DNA of 56,853 nucleotides from Akkermansia muciniphila (lineage in GTDB: Bacteria > Verrucomicrobiota > Verrucomicrobiia > Limisphaerales > JADLHS01), in NCBI GenBank assembly GCA_945882065.1, contig CAMCWI010000001.1, positions 1-56,853 of the forward strand. The letters are read 5' to 3'. The notes beneath the pieces are model-generated. The model did no database searches, was not told the origin of the DNA, and was given only the letters and a program-made list of their open reading frames with translations. Below, piece after piece: positions 1-9,074 of the stretch (positions are counted from its first letter, which is position 1; each line of letters opens with the position of its first letter). Both the position numbers and the translations under genes were made by a program.

Positions 1-610
1 GAGATTGGTCGAGTCCGCGTAGTAAATGGGTTTTTTGTCGCGTTCGTTGTTGTACCACATCCGCCAGGGATTGTTCGTGAGTTGAATCACGCAGGCGTCA
101 ATGACGCGATCCGACGCAAGCACGAGCGGCTGTGCATTTTTCCAATGGCGCAGAGCGTCACTTGTGAGATGGACGATGCTGCGGGGATGATTCCAGCCTT
201 GAAAAATGCCGGGCAACGACGGTCAGGAACATGTGATGCGCTCCATCGGGCGCAGTGAAAATCTCCAGAGCCCAGTGCGTGACGTTTGTGCCGCCGAGCT
301 TGGCGGGCAGTTCGATTTCCGCTGTACCGATGTAATTCCACGAAGCACCGTTGTCCGTGGATTCAGCGATACCGATCTTTGTGCCGTGAACCCAAGCAAC
401 GCCGGGTTCGTTCGTCGCGGTCGCGCGGCGGTTCGTATAGAACATCCACCAACGTTTCACGCTCGGATTCCAGATGACGACCGAATCCGCCCCGCCGTCA
501 TGGATCGGATCGCGGAAGAGCGGTTTCAGCGCAGGCAAACCGGATTCAGCGGCGGGAGAACTTGTGCTGATGAACATCGCAAAGCAGATCAGAAAAATGT
601 TTTTCGGCAT
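1..610 (-). pseudogene. Secreted beta-propeller glycoside-hydrolase-like protein (GH43/GH32-clan-like). The reading frame is broken near nt 214 and the 3' end runs off the window.
   Basis: ATG at 610-608 is followed by the signal-peptide-like MPKNIFLICFAMFISTSSPAAE. Motifs FRDPIHDGGADSVVIWNP, WWMFYTNRR and GIAESTDNGASW fit this fold. The listed ORF stops at 158. A second frame is open from 222 to nt 1 and reads PGIFQGWNHPRSIVHLTSDALRHWKNAQPLVLASDRVIDACVIQLTNNPWRMWYNNERDKKPIYYADSTNL, so the protein continues after a 1-nt shift. Confidence 0.55.
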
Positions 611-787
611 GGTCGCGGCAGGGTAATGAAGTCGGTTGGATTTCCAAACATTGTTTCGCCAATCAACATCGGGTGAGGTTGCAAAGTTTTGTTCATCGTA
701 GTCGCACTCAAAATCAAATCCGACCTCTGGGCAAGATTGACCGCTCTGATTGAGGTGATAACATATTGCACATAATCTAAAAACGGC

Positions 788-3700
788 ATGAGCCTCATTC
801 GCAACACTGGTCTCGCGTTTGCCATCCTGACTTTGACAACGGTTTCGCTTTTTTCCGCGCCGCAAACCGTCTGGCTGATCGGCGTGGATGAAGACCCGTT
901 GGCGGCGGGCTACAACGCCACAGATGAATTCTCGTCCGAAAATTACATCAACGATGCGCGCCCCGGCTCGGTCTATACCACGAACAATCCCGTCGTGGAC
1001 GACGACTTTTATTTCGAGGGAACTTATCTCAACGGTTTCAACGGACTCACCACAAATCGCACCGTCGCCATATCTGAGCCGAACCTCGGATGGGAACGCG
1101 CACTTACGGATGGTGATCGCACGAATCGAGTTCACTTCAACCTGAGCAGCGCGCAGGCGGGGGCGCAATCGCGGCTGCGACTGAGCTTTGAACTCGTCTG
1201 GGGCGGCGTGTGGTTGAGTTTATCCAACATGAGCGGTGAAGGCACTGGACTGCACGACATCACAGCTCGGTTAAAAAACAGCGCGGGCACAACCACGCTG
1301 CTCTATTCCAATCGCGTGGATCGCGACACGCGCATCATTCTGGATTTTCCTGCAGCGAGCGTAGCCGCGTCCGCTGGCGCGAACACGATTGAGATCGCGC
1401 GCGTCGGGCCGAACACCGCGAACGTCGGCTACTGGATTCAATTTGATTACGCGCAACTCGAAGCAGACACCAATGCGCTCGCGGATGCTGACGCAGACGG
1501 TCTCCCGCGCTGGTGGGAGGAAGACAACAATCTCAGTGACGTGAATGTCGCCGATGCCGCGAGCGACAAGGACGGCGATGGACGCACTGCGTTGCAGGAA
1601 TACAACGGCGGAAATAATTCTTCCAATCCCAATCGTGCCGATACGGACGGCGATGGTTTGAATGACGGCGCGGAGTTTGTCGTTGGCACAAATCCAAACA
1701 AGACCGATACGGACGGCGATTCCATCTCCGACGGCGATGAAGTGAACGGCTCGCCCGCATCGAATCCTTTGCTCGTGGATTCCGACACTGATGGCGCGCC
1801 GGATTCGCTGGAGCGTCGCGTCGGCACGAACCCAATGAGCGCGACGAACACGCCGACGATTTTCCGTGGCGGCATCGGGATTCATTTTGTTTCGCTCAAC
1901 GACATGAACGCCACGCTCGGCACGAACGAAACCACCGGCATCGTTCCGCAGACGCGTTGGAACGACACGTTGCCGATGAGTTGGGGTCGCACCAGCGGCA
2001 GCAAGGCGGACAGCCTCACGCCAGTCACGAATCAGATCGTCCGCAGCGATGGAGCGATTCTCAGCAACTTCACCTACACATGGACGGGCAATGCCGTTGA
2101 TGCGAGCCGCAATGCGGGTTCATCCGACCGCAAGTTGATGAGTGGTTACATCCGCGCCTACACCACGAATCAAGCGGCGCTCACGTTGAGCAACATCCCG
2201 TTCACAAACTATGATCTCTGCGTCATCGTCGGCGGTTCTTACGACGGACAGAAAGGTCGCATCCGTCTCGGCACGAACTCCGCCACCGACCAATTCTTCC
2301 GCACGCTTTCCACGCCGCAGCAGACGACATTTGTTGAGAGCGTCGCGGGCGTCACCAATTTCCCCTACGCCAACTTCGTGATCTACACGAACCTCACCAG
2401 CACCAATGCCACGCTCAACGTCACGAACTACGAAGGTTGGTCGCTCGGCATCTGCGCGGTGCAGATCGTGGATCGCAATCTCGATAGCGACGCGTCTGGC
2501 ATTCCTGATTGGTATGAGATGCGTCACGCGCTTGAACCGGGATCAATCGCGCTCGCCGCTGCAGACACCGATGGCGATGGCTTGAGCAACTCGCAGGAAT
2601 TTTTGCGCGGCAGCAATCCGCGTCTTGCCGACACTGACGGCGATGGGTTGAACGACAAAGTTGAAACCACCGCCAACGCTCTCAACCCTGACAGCGATGG
2701 CGATGGCTTGTCAGACGACGCGGAAGTGAACGCGCCTATCCCGACCAATCCGAATCTCGCGGACACCGACGGTGATGGCGTGAGTGACAAGGCTGAAAAA
2801 ATTCTCGGCACCGATCCGAATTACAATCCGACCAACAGCTCCACGTTCGTCGGCTATATTCCCTACTTCAAAAGTTCCCACACGAATTGGGAATGGAATC
2901 TGGAGAACGTGCAATTTGTCTGGGATCACGGCTCGGGCGCGTTCGCACCGAACATCTGGAACGAAGATTTCCTCGTGGACTTCGCAGTGAAGAATCCGGC
3001 GACCACCGAATGGCGCACGCTTGGCATGGCGTTGCGCTATTACAACGGCGGACTCACACACTTGTTCCACTCCGATGCGAACGGCGGTTTCAGTGCGCCA
3101 GGCCAACCGGGGACGGGTGCCTGGGATTCCGATTACGGCAATCCGCCTGCCGATCTGAAGGCAAAACTCGGTTTCAGCGGCTATGGCCCGGCGGATGTTT
3201 CGGACCGGCTCAAGTTCCGCGTGTTCGCCCAACGCGGCGCGGGCAATTCGTGGACGGTGAGTTTCACGATCACCAATCAAACGAGTAACACACTTGTCGT
3301 CTCTCGGTCCTACGCGAATTGCACCGCATCCGCTCTGGTGGACAACGGCACGGCGAAGTGGACGGACTACAACGGCGTGACCAATCAGCCGAGCATGAAC
3401 CTGCATCAGGGCGTGAGGATGTTCATCACCACGAACGCACTGGAAAATCTGCCCGCGTTCGCCAACGCCAAAGACTCCGATAACGACGGGATGCCTGACG
3501 TGTGGGAAGACGCGAATAGCTTGAACAAGTTTCTCGCCACAGACGCCACAAATCATCTCGACGGCGATGGGTTGATCAACCGCGATGAATTTCTCGCCGG
3601 AACAAATCCGCTCGTGACCGACACCGATGGCGACGGAATCAATGACGGACTTGAGCGCGCGAATTCATCGAACCCGCTGCTCGCGTCGAGCAGGCCTCCA

Positions 3701-5875
3701 TTCACCGGGCAGACGTGGCCGAGCGGTCAGGACTTGGATGGAAACGGTTTGGTTGACGCGTGGGAAGTGCGTTTCCGCGCGTTTGCTCTGCCACCGAACG
3801 GCGACGCGGATGGCGACGGCGCATCCAACGCGCAGGAAGCGAAGTGGGGCACGAATCCGTTTGATGCGAACTCCAAGATCGCTGTGTCGCTGACCAAGCA
3901 AACGAACAACGCCGTCGTGACGTGGCCTTATCAGTCGGCGAAAGATCAACGGCTGTTCACAAGCAGCACGCTCACGAACTGGACTCAGTTCGGCGGCGTG
4001 TCATGGCTGACTGGTAACGAGGTGTCCACAATTTTCACGAATCGTTTTGCGACCACGAACCGCGAGTTCTATCGCGTGTCCACTGACGATAAAGACACGG
4101 ACAGCGACGGCGTGAAGGATTGGGACGAGGCCGTGATCGGCAGCGATCCGCTCCGCGCCAACAGCACGCACACGAATGTTTCCATCATCGCCAACAACGG
4201 TTTGATTACTGGCACGGTGGCCGGCGACTTCGCGACATTCGTCGAGCAGATGCGCGGCGGACCCGGCGGCAGCACCACGGGGTTGGTCACGCGGGCGCAG
4301 GCGGCGCGGTTGCTCCAGCAGGCGACGTTCGGGCCGACGTTGCGTGAGATTGATCGTGTGCGACAACTAGGCATCGCGGCGTGGATTGACGATCAGATCA
4401 CGAACCAGCCAGCGTCGCTGCATCGGCCGTACATGGAAAAGATTTACGCGGACTTCAACGGCCCGCGCACCGACCTCACCTATCTTTTCAGCGAGATGGA
4501 TAATTTCATCTTTGGCAATAACTGCGTCACGCCGTTCGCGCGCGGCGCAGTGGCCGGGCCGGATCAGTTGCGGCAACGCGTGGCGTTTGTGTTGAGCCAG
4601 ATCTGCGTCGTGTCGCGGCGCGATCCGAATCTGGAAAACAAACCGCTCAGCGTTTCGGATTACTACGACATCTTCGTGCGGAATGCCTTTGGCAATTACT
4701 CCGATGTTTTGCGCGAGGTGACGTTCCATCCGGTGATGGGTCGTTACCTCAGTCACATCGGAAATCAAAAAGCGCGCCCAGAGATCAACCAGTATCCAGA
4801 TGAAAATTACGCGCGGGAAGTGCAGCAGTTGTTTAGCATCGGCCTCTGGGAGTTGAATCAGGGCGGCATGCGCCAACTCGATGGGTTTGACCAGCCAATC
4901 CCGACTTACGGCAACGCGCAGATCACAGAGTTCGCGCGCGTGTTCACGGGGCTGTGGTTCGGCGGTCAGGCTTGGGGCAACAACGGCTGGAGCGACGACG
5001 ACAGTTCCGTGCCGATGCAGATGTGGGCTGAGAAACACGACTTCGGCGCGAAGACGTTGTTGAACGGCTTCACAATTCCCGCCCGCGCTCCGACGGTCGA
5101 GAACGGCGTGCGTGATGTGGACGATGCGTTGCGAAATCTCTTCGAGCATCCGAACACAGCACCGTTCGTCAGCAAGCAACTGATTCAATTCCTTGTCACG
5201 AGCAATCCTTCGAGCAACTACGTCGCGCGCGTCGCGGCGAAGTTCACCAACGATGGCACGGGCAAGCGCGGCAATCTCGCGGCAGTCGTTAAAGCCATCC
5301 TGCTCGACGAAGAAGCTCGCGACGCGCGGTGGTTCTTGAGCGCGCTGGAGTTTGGGCGATTGAAAGAGCCGATTCATCGCGCATTGGCGATCACTCGCGC
5401 GGGCAACGTCGGGCGTTACACCAATCTACTCTGGTGGACGTGGGGCGAGTTCAACTCGGCGGCATTCCAGGAGCCGACGTATTCGCCGAGCGTGTTCAAC
5501 TTTTTCCGCCCCGGCTATCAACCGCCGGGCTTGCTCACGCTGAACGGACTCGTCGGTCCGGCGTTCCAGATCACGGATAGCTATTCGAGCATTTCGTTTC
5601 CGAACAAACTGTGGGAGATGACTCAGGACGGATTGAAGCATTACGGCGACTACCATTTTCCGCCGGACTACACCGAACTCTTGGCGCAGGCCGGGAGCGC
5701 GCCGCATTTGGTGGATCAAGTGAACTTGTTGTTCTGCGGTGGCTCGATGACTTACGCCACGCGCGACAGCATTCTGAACGTGCTCAACCAAGTGCCGTCG
5801 TACGACACGCTGTTGCGAACGCGCCTCGCCGTCTATCTCGCCGCGACGTGCCCGGAAGGAGCGGTGCAGAGATGA
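788..5875 (+). CDS. Giant secreted protein with an N-terminal beta-rich region, several thrombospondin type-3-like Ca-binding repeat clusters and a C-terminal DUF1800 domain
   Basis: The ORF is 1695 aa with ATG at 788 and signal peptide MSLIRNTGLAFAILTLTTVSLFSAP. DTDGDGLNDG-type DxDxDG repeats recur. The C-terminal ~530 aa (from about nt 4270) carry DUF1800-like strings LLQQATFGPT, ENYAREVQQLFSIGLWELN and HDFGAKTLLNG. A DUF1501 gene follows directly, which is the usual pairing. Confidence 0.85.
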   Translation: MSLIRNTGLAFAILTLTTVSLFSAPQTVWLIGVDEDPLAAGYNATDEFSSENYINDARPGSVYTTNNPVVDDDFYFEGTYLNGFNGLTTNRTVAISEPNLGWERALTDGDRTNRVHFNLSSAQAGAQSRLRLSFELVWGGVWLSLSNMSGEGTGLHDITARLKNSAGTTTLLYSNRVDRDTRIILDFPAASVAASAGANTIEIARVGPNTANVGYWIQFDYAQLEADTNALADADADGLPRWWEEDNNLSDVNVADAASDKDGDGRTALQEYNGGNNSSNPNRADTDGDGLNDGAEFVVGTNPNKTDTDGDSISDGDEVNGSPASNPLLVDSDTDGAPDSLERRVGTNPMSATNTPTIFRGGIGIHFVSLNDMNATLGTNETTGIVPQTRWNDTLPMSWGRTSGSKADSLTPVTNQIVRSDGAILSNFTYTWTGNAVDASRNAGSSDRKLMSGYIRAYTTNQAALTLSNIPFTNYDLCVIVGGSYDGQKGRIRLGTNSATDQFFRTLSTPQQTTFVESVAGVTNFPYANFVIYTNLTSTNATLNVTNYEGWSLGICAVQIVDRNLDSDASGIPDWYEMRHALEPGSIALAAADTDGDGLSNSQEFLRGSNPRLADTDGDGLNDKVETTANALNPDSDGDGLSDDAEVNAPIPTNPNLADTDGDGVSDKAEKILGTDPNYNPTNSSTFVGYIPYFKSSHTNWEWNLENVQFVWDHGSGAFAPNIWNEDFLVDFAVKNPATTEWRTLGMALRYYNGGLTHLFHSDANGGFSAPGQPGTGAWDSDYGNPPADLKAKLGFSGYGPADVSDRLKFRVFAQRGAGNSWTVSFTITNQTSNTLVVSRSYANCTASALVDNGTAKWTDYNGVTNQPSMNLHQGVRMFITTNALENLPAFANAKDSDNDGMPDVWEDANSLNKFLATDATNHLDGDGLINRDEFLAGTNPLVTDTDGDGINDGLERANSSNPLLASSRPPFTGQTWPSGQDLDGNGLVDAWEVRFRAFALPPNGDADGDGASNAQEAKWGTNPFDANSKIAVSLTKQTNNAVVTWPYQSAKDQRLFTSSTLTNWTQFGGVSWLTGNEVSTIFTNRFATTNREFYRVSTDDKDTDSDGVKDWDEAVIGSDPLRANSTHTNVSIIANNGLITGTVAGDFATFVEQMRGGPGGSTTGLVTRAQAARLLQQATFGPTLREIDRVRQLGIAAWIDDQITNQPASLHRPYMEKIYADFNGPRTDLTYLFSEMDNFIFGNNCVTPFARGAVAGPDQLRQRVAFVLSQICVVSRRDPNLENKPLSVSDYYDIFVRNAFGNYSDVLREVTFHPVMGRYLSHIGNQKARPEINQYPDENYAREVQQLFSIGLWELNQGGMRQLDGFDQPIPTYGNAQITEFARVFTGLWFGGQAWGNNGWSDDDSSVPMQMWAEKHDFGAKTLLNGFTIPARAPTVENGVRDVDDALRNLFEHPNTAPFVSKQLIQFLVTSNPSSNYVARVAAKFTNDGTGKRGNLAAVVKAILLDEEARDARWFLSALEFGRLKEPIHRALAITRAGNVGRYTNLLWWTWGEFNSAAFQEPTYSPSVFNFFRPGYQPPGLLTLNGLVGPAFQITDSYSSISFPNKLWEMTQDGLKHYGDYHFPPDYTELLAQAGSAPHLVDQVNLLFCGGSMTYATRDSILNVLNQVPSYDTLLRTRLAVYLAATCPEGAVQR
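1484..1834 (+). repeat. TSP3-like calcium-binding repeat cluster 1 (coding repeats inside the giant ORF)
   Basis: DADADGLPRWWE, DKDGDGRTALQE, DTDGDGLNDGAE, DTDGDSISDGDE and DSDTDGAPDSLE occur in tandem. Confidence 0.8.
2483..2823 (+). repeat. TSP3-like calcium-binding repeat cluster 2
   Basis: DSDASGIPDWYE, DTDGDGLSNSQE, DTDGDGLNDKVE, DSDGDGLSDDAE and DTDGDGVSDKAE occur in tandem. Confidence 0.8.
3473..3867 (+). repeat. TSP3-like calcium-binding repeat cluster 3. A further single copy lies at about 4085-4153.
   Basis: DSDNDGMPDVWE, HLDGDGLINRDE, DTDGDGINDGLE, DLDGNGLVDAWE and DADGDGASNAQE occur here, followed later by DTDSDGVKDWDE. Confidence 0.75.
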
Positions 5876-5996
5876 AAAGCCGGACTTCAAATACCCAATT
5901 ACCCAAGCACCCCAATACCGAACCGTTGTGCGGCTTGGGTGATTGGGTATTGGGGTGTTTCGGTCTTGGGTATTTTCAATTAACCACAGAAGAAGC

Positions 5997-7469
5997 ATGA
6001 ACCACCCCACTTCCATTTCACGTCGAAGCTTTCTCAAACAACTCAACTGCGCCGCCGTCGGTTCTTCTGCGATCCTCAACACGTTGCTCAATCTCAAGCT
6101 CGCCAACAGCGTCGCTGCGCAGGGTGGCCCGCTCGACAACAAGGCTCTCGTCTGCATTTTTCTCAGCGGCGGCATGGACTCGTTCAACGTCCTCGTGCCG
6201 TGGGAACAGTCTGCCTACAACACTTACTCCGTCACGCGCGGCGCATTCGGCAGCGACGGCGGACTCGCGTTGGATCGCAATGTTCTCCGCCAACTCTCCG
6301 AGCCATCCGCAAACTATGGTCTGCATCCGTCATGCGCGAACTTGCAGGCGATGGCGAATGGCACCGGCCCATTCGCAGGCAAACGTCGGCTCGCGTTCGT
6401 CTCGAACATCGGCACGCTCGTGCAGCCGATCACCAAGGCGCAGTTCAACGCATGGGAAAATGGAAACAACGCTGCGCTACCAGTGCCCAAGGCGCTGTTC
6501 TCGCACAGCGACCAGATCGAGCAATGGCAGACGGCAGTGCCGCAGGGTCAGGCGCAGTTGAGCGGCTGGGCTGGACGCTGCTCGGATATTTTGCATGCCT
6601 ACTACAACACGCCCGGCAATTCGATGAGCATTTCGCTCGGCGGCAACAATGTGTTTCAAGTCGGCAACTCCACGCAGCAGTTTGTCATCACGCCCTCCGG
6701 CGCGTTGTCGTTCGAGGGCAATACCGGCGGCACGAATCCGAATCCGCTCCAACTTAAAAATTCCGCGCTGCAAAACACGCTCAACCAGCATTACACGAAT
6801 CTGCTCACGGAAAGTTTTTCGAAGCTCACCAAGCAGAGCAACGATGCACAGTTGCTTTTCCAGACGCAGTTCGATTCCGTAAACGCGCAACTCGGCGGTG
6901 CTGTGGACGCGTTGTTCCCGGCGAGCAATTACCTCGCCACCACGCTCAAGGCTGTGGTGAAGACGATCAAAATTCGCAGCCTGCTGGGATTAAAGCGCCA
7001 GACATTCTTCGTCAACTACGGTGGCTGGGATCATCACGGTGAGTTGCTCAACACGCAGGCCGGAATGCTCTCGACGCTCGACACCGCCATCGGCGCGTAT
7101 CAGCAAGCACTCGAAATGCTCGGCCTTCAAAACGACGTGGTGTCGTTCAGTGCGTCGGATTTCAGCCGCACGCTGCGCTCGAACGGGCGCGGCACGGATC
7201 ACGCATGGGGCGCGAATGCGATGGTCTTCGGCGGGAAGGTGGACGGCGGAAATATCTTCGGCACATATCCCGACCTCACGCTCGATGGGCCGAATGATGT
7301 GGGGCGCGGCGGGCGATTGCTGCCGAGCCTGTCGGCGGATTTGTATTTCGCGGAATTACTCCGCTGGTTTGGCGTGTCGTCCGGCAACATGCCTTACGTG
7401 CTGCCGAACGTGGCGAACTTCTGGAATCCGACTTCGGTCACGCCGCCAATCGGGTTTGTGTTGCCGTGA
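5997..7469 (+). CDS. DUF1501 domain protein (sulfatase/alkaline-phosphatase-like fold) with a Tat signal
   Basis: ATG at 5997 gives MNHPTSISRRSFLKQLNCAAVGSS, a twin-arginine motif. DUF1501-like strings FLSGGMDSFN, GGWDHHG and RGTDHAWG are present. It lies downstream of a DUF1800 gene. The track start at 5943 is a TTG upstream of the signal peptide and is less likely. Confidence 0.9.
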   Translation: MNHPTSISRRSFLKQLNCAAVGSSAILNTLLNLKLANSVAAQGGPLDNKALVCIFLSGGMDSFNVLVPWEQSAYNTYSVTRGAFGSDGGLALDRNVLRQLSEPSANYGLHPSCANLQAMANGTGPFAGKRRLAFVSNIGTLVQPITKAQFNAWENGNNAALPVPKALFSHSDQIEQWQTAVPQGQAQLSGWAGRCSDILHAYYNTPGNSMSISLGGNNVFQVGNSTQQFVITPSGALSFEGNTGGTNPNPLQLKNSALQNTLNQHYTNLLTESFSKLTKQSNDAQLLFQTQFDSVNAQLGGAVDALFPASNYLATTLKAVVKTIKIRSLLGLKRQTFFVNYGGWDHHGELLNTQAGMLSTLDTAIGAYQQALEMLGLQNDVVSFSASDFSRTLRSNGRGTDHAWGANAMVFGGKVDGGNIFGTYPDLTLDGPNDVGRGGRLLPSLSADLYFAELLRWFGVSSGNMPYVLPNVANFWNPTSVTPPIGFVLP

Positions 7470-7499
7470 GAAAGTTGCCTAGTTTCAAATACGCTGGTG

Positions 7500-7566
7500 G
7501 GGCGCGTCACTCCGTGCGCGCCGTCGCCTGGCTGGCCAAGAACGGCGCGCACGGAGTAACTCGCCC
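7500..7566 (+). terminator. Long GC-rich hairpin downstream of the DUF1501 gene. Probable terminator or REP-like element.
   Basis: There is a perfect 16-bp inverted repeat, ACTCCGTGCGCGCCGT (7509-7524) and ACGGCGCGCACGGAGT (7542-7557). It is extendable imperfectly to about 26 bp (7500-7566) with a 17-nt loop. It starts 31 nt after the stop at 7469 and is followed by a T-rich stretch, tttcatgtcggtttgttttg. Confidence 0.5.
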
Positions 7567-7647
7567 TACTTTCATGTCGGTTTGTTTTGAAAACTTTCTG
7601 AATCCTCACCTGAGATTTATCGGAGTTGGAACTTGCGAGGTGGTGCT

Positions 7648-8253
7648 TTGAAACGTCTCGTTCTCATCTTCATCGCTTTGCCGCTGCTGTTTGTCATCGC
7701 GCTATTGTTCGTCAAGATGCGCTGGAAGTTTTCCAAGCCGCACCACGCCGTTCAACAAACGGTCGGTTCACAAACCATCGCGAGCAACATCACCGTCACC
7801 GCCATCTCTCCATCCGCCAACACTCCGTCCGGCCAATCCGCACCACTTCTCGGCGAGACCATCCTGCGCGACTACGCGAACACAAACTTCCCGCCGGAGA
7901 ATGATCTCACCCTGATGTCGCACTTGATGGATAATTCATTGTTACTGCTGAAGTCCGCCGCGAATCGTCCGTTGAGCGCGAATGAAGATTGGGCAGATTT
8001 GTTTCGCGGCAGGAGCACCGCGCGCGAAGAGTTTCTTCCCCCGCAACACATCGCGCTGAACGCGGAGGGAGAGTTGATTGATCGCTGGGCTACGCCGTTG
8101 TTCTTCCACGCCCTCGGCGGCGGTCGCTACGAAATCCGCTCCGCTGGCCCGGACAAAACACTTTGGACGGATGACGATCTAGAACGCGGCTACGACGGAC
8201 GTTTCCGACGGGGGTTGGATGTCACCAACTTGGTTGCGCCACCATTTAGGTAA
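7648..8253 (+). CDS. Small membrane-anchored hypothetical protein whose C-terminus is reminiscent of the pseudopilin GspG globular domain
   Basis: TTG at 7648 is preceded by gaggtgg and gives MKRLVLIFIALPLLFVIALLFV, a TM helix. The track start at 7633 is also a TTG. The C-terminal LIDRWATPLFFHALGGGRYEIRSAGPDKTLWTDDD resembles the DxWGxP...Y.l.S.GPDg pattern. I recognise no named family. Confidence 0.5.
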   Translation: MKRLVLIFIALPLLFVIALLFVKMRWKFSKPHHAVQQTVGSQTIASNITVTAISPSANTPSGQSAPLLGETILRDYANTNFPPENDLTLMSHLMDNSLLLLKSAANRPLSANEDWADLFRGRSTAREEFLPPQHIALNAEGELIDRWATPLFFHALGGGRYEIRSAGPDKTLWTDDDLERGYDGRFRRGLDVTNLVAPPFR

Positions 8254-8604
8254 ATGACAGGGATGTAGCGCGAATCGGGTGTGAGTGAAAATGCCTGTCA
8301 ACGCGCGATCTTACTCTTAACCCTATCTCCGGCAGGTGCAGAGAGGATTATGATTATCTTGAGAAGAACAGTTCCCGCGGATTGACGGATAACAAGCACT
8401 TGCATGAAACCCTTCATTTACTCAAGAAGTGAGCCGTAGCCACAGCCTCAAATCCGTGGTTAAAAATTCGTCGCCATCCCGCGATTTCGGGCGTGTCGTC
8501 GCCTCGCTTTGCAAATCCCCTCAACTCTTGGCCACTTTCCGAAAACCCTCCGGGCCGTCTCCAACGCAAACTTCGTTTACAAGAAACAGGAAGTCGCTCA
8601 TCCG

Positions 8605-8967
8605 CTATTCGCCCCTGAAAACCGCGCGCGCGGTGCAGGTTTCGGCAACAACAACCTCAGTCAGCATCGGCAACTTCGGCTTCAGCTTTCGCCAAATCCA
8701 CGCGGCCACGACTTCGCTCGTGGGATTTTCCAAGCCGGGAACCTTGTTGAGATAATTGTGATCCAGTTTTTCCCAGAGCGGTTTGAAGGCTTTCGAAATG
8801 TCGGCATAATCCATCAGCCAGCCAAGCTTGGGATCGCACTCACCTGCGACGACGATCTCCACCTTGAAGCTGTGGCCGTGCAGTCGGCGACACTTGTGAA
8901 CCTTCGGCAAACGAGGCAACAAATGCGCCGCCTCAAACTGAAATGATTTTCTTAGTTCCATCTTCAT
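8605..8967 (-). CDS. queD: 6-carboxy-5,6,7,8-tetrahydropterin synthase (6-pyruvoyl-tetrahydropterin synthase family)
   Basis: The 120-aa product contains FEAAHLLP, CRRLHGHSFKVEIVVAG, GWLMDYADI and LDHNYLN, the classical QueD/PTPS zinc-site and fold motifs. Confidence 0.92.
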   Translation of the reverse strand: MKMELRKSFQFEAAHLLPRLPKVHKCRRLHGHSFKVEIVVAGECDPKLGWLMDYADISKAFKPLWEKLDHNYLNKVPGLENPTSEVVAAWIWRKLKPKLPMLTEVVVAETCTARAVFRGE

Positions 8968-8979
8968 AAAATATTCAAC

Positions 8980-9055
8980 CTGCTGGATGTGTGGATTATT
9001 AGATAAGTGGATTTGCTTCTCTGGTAGTCCATCTACTAATCCAATTATCCAGCAG
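8980..9055 (-). other. AT-rich imperfect hairpin of 76 nt between the luxC-like stop and the queD start
   Basis: CTGCTGGAT (8980-8988) pairs with ATCCAGCAG (9047-9055). The inner arm TGGATTATTAGAT (8992-9004) pairs with ATCTACTAATCCA (9031-9043) with one mismatch. No U-tract follows on the transcribed strand, so it is not a canonical terminator. Confidence 0.4.
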
Positions 9056-9074
9056 TCAGCCTATCCGTTTTCCT

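Noticed and set aside
5943-5996. TTG start at 5943 for the DUF1501 gene. Similar upstream starts are 11743 for the MFS, 13568 for the luxE-like gene, 21780 for the esterase and 54732 for the giant.
   Set aside because: In each case a downstream ATG sits directly before a signal peptide or Tat motif, or creates an ATGA coupling overlap. The upstream extensions add non-signal residues or overlap the neighbouring gene.
8254-8604. A 350-nt intergenic region inspected for a tRNA, another ncRNA or a small ORF
   Set aside because: There is no cloverleaf-compatible stem set and no strong conserved-looking structure. Only trivial ORFs are present, for example a 26-codon ORF at 8600-8520 on the minus strand. 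I cannot support any call without covariation data.
8968-9074. preQ1 riboswitch in front of queD
   Set aside because: The hairpin is long and AT-rich. It lacks the short preQ1-I stem-loop with an A-rich tail (the CCCTC...AAAAAACTA type), and I recognised no preQ1-II or preQ1-III features.
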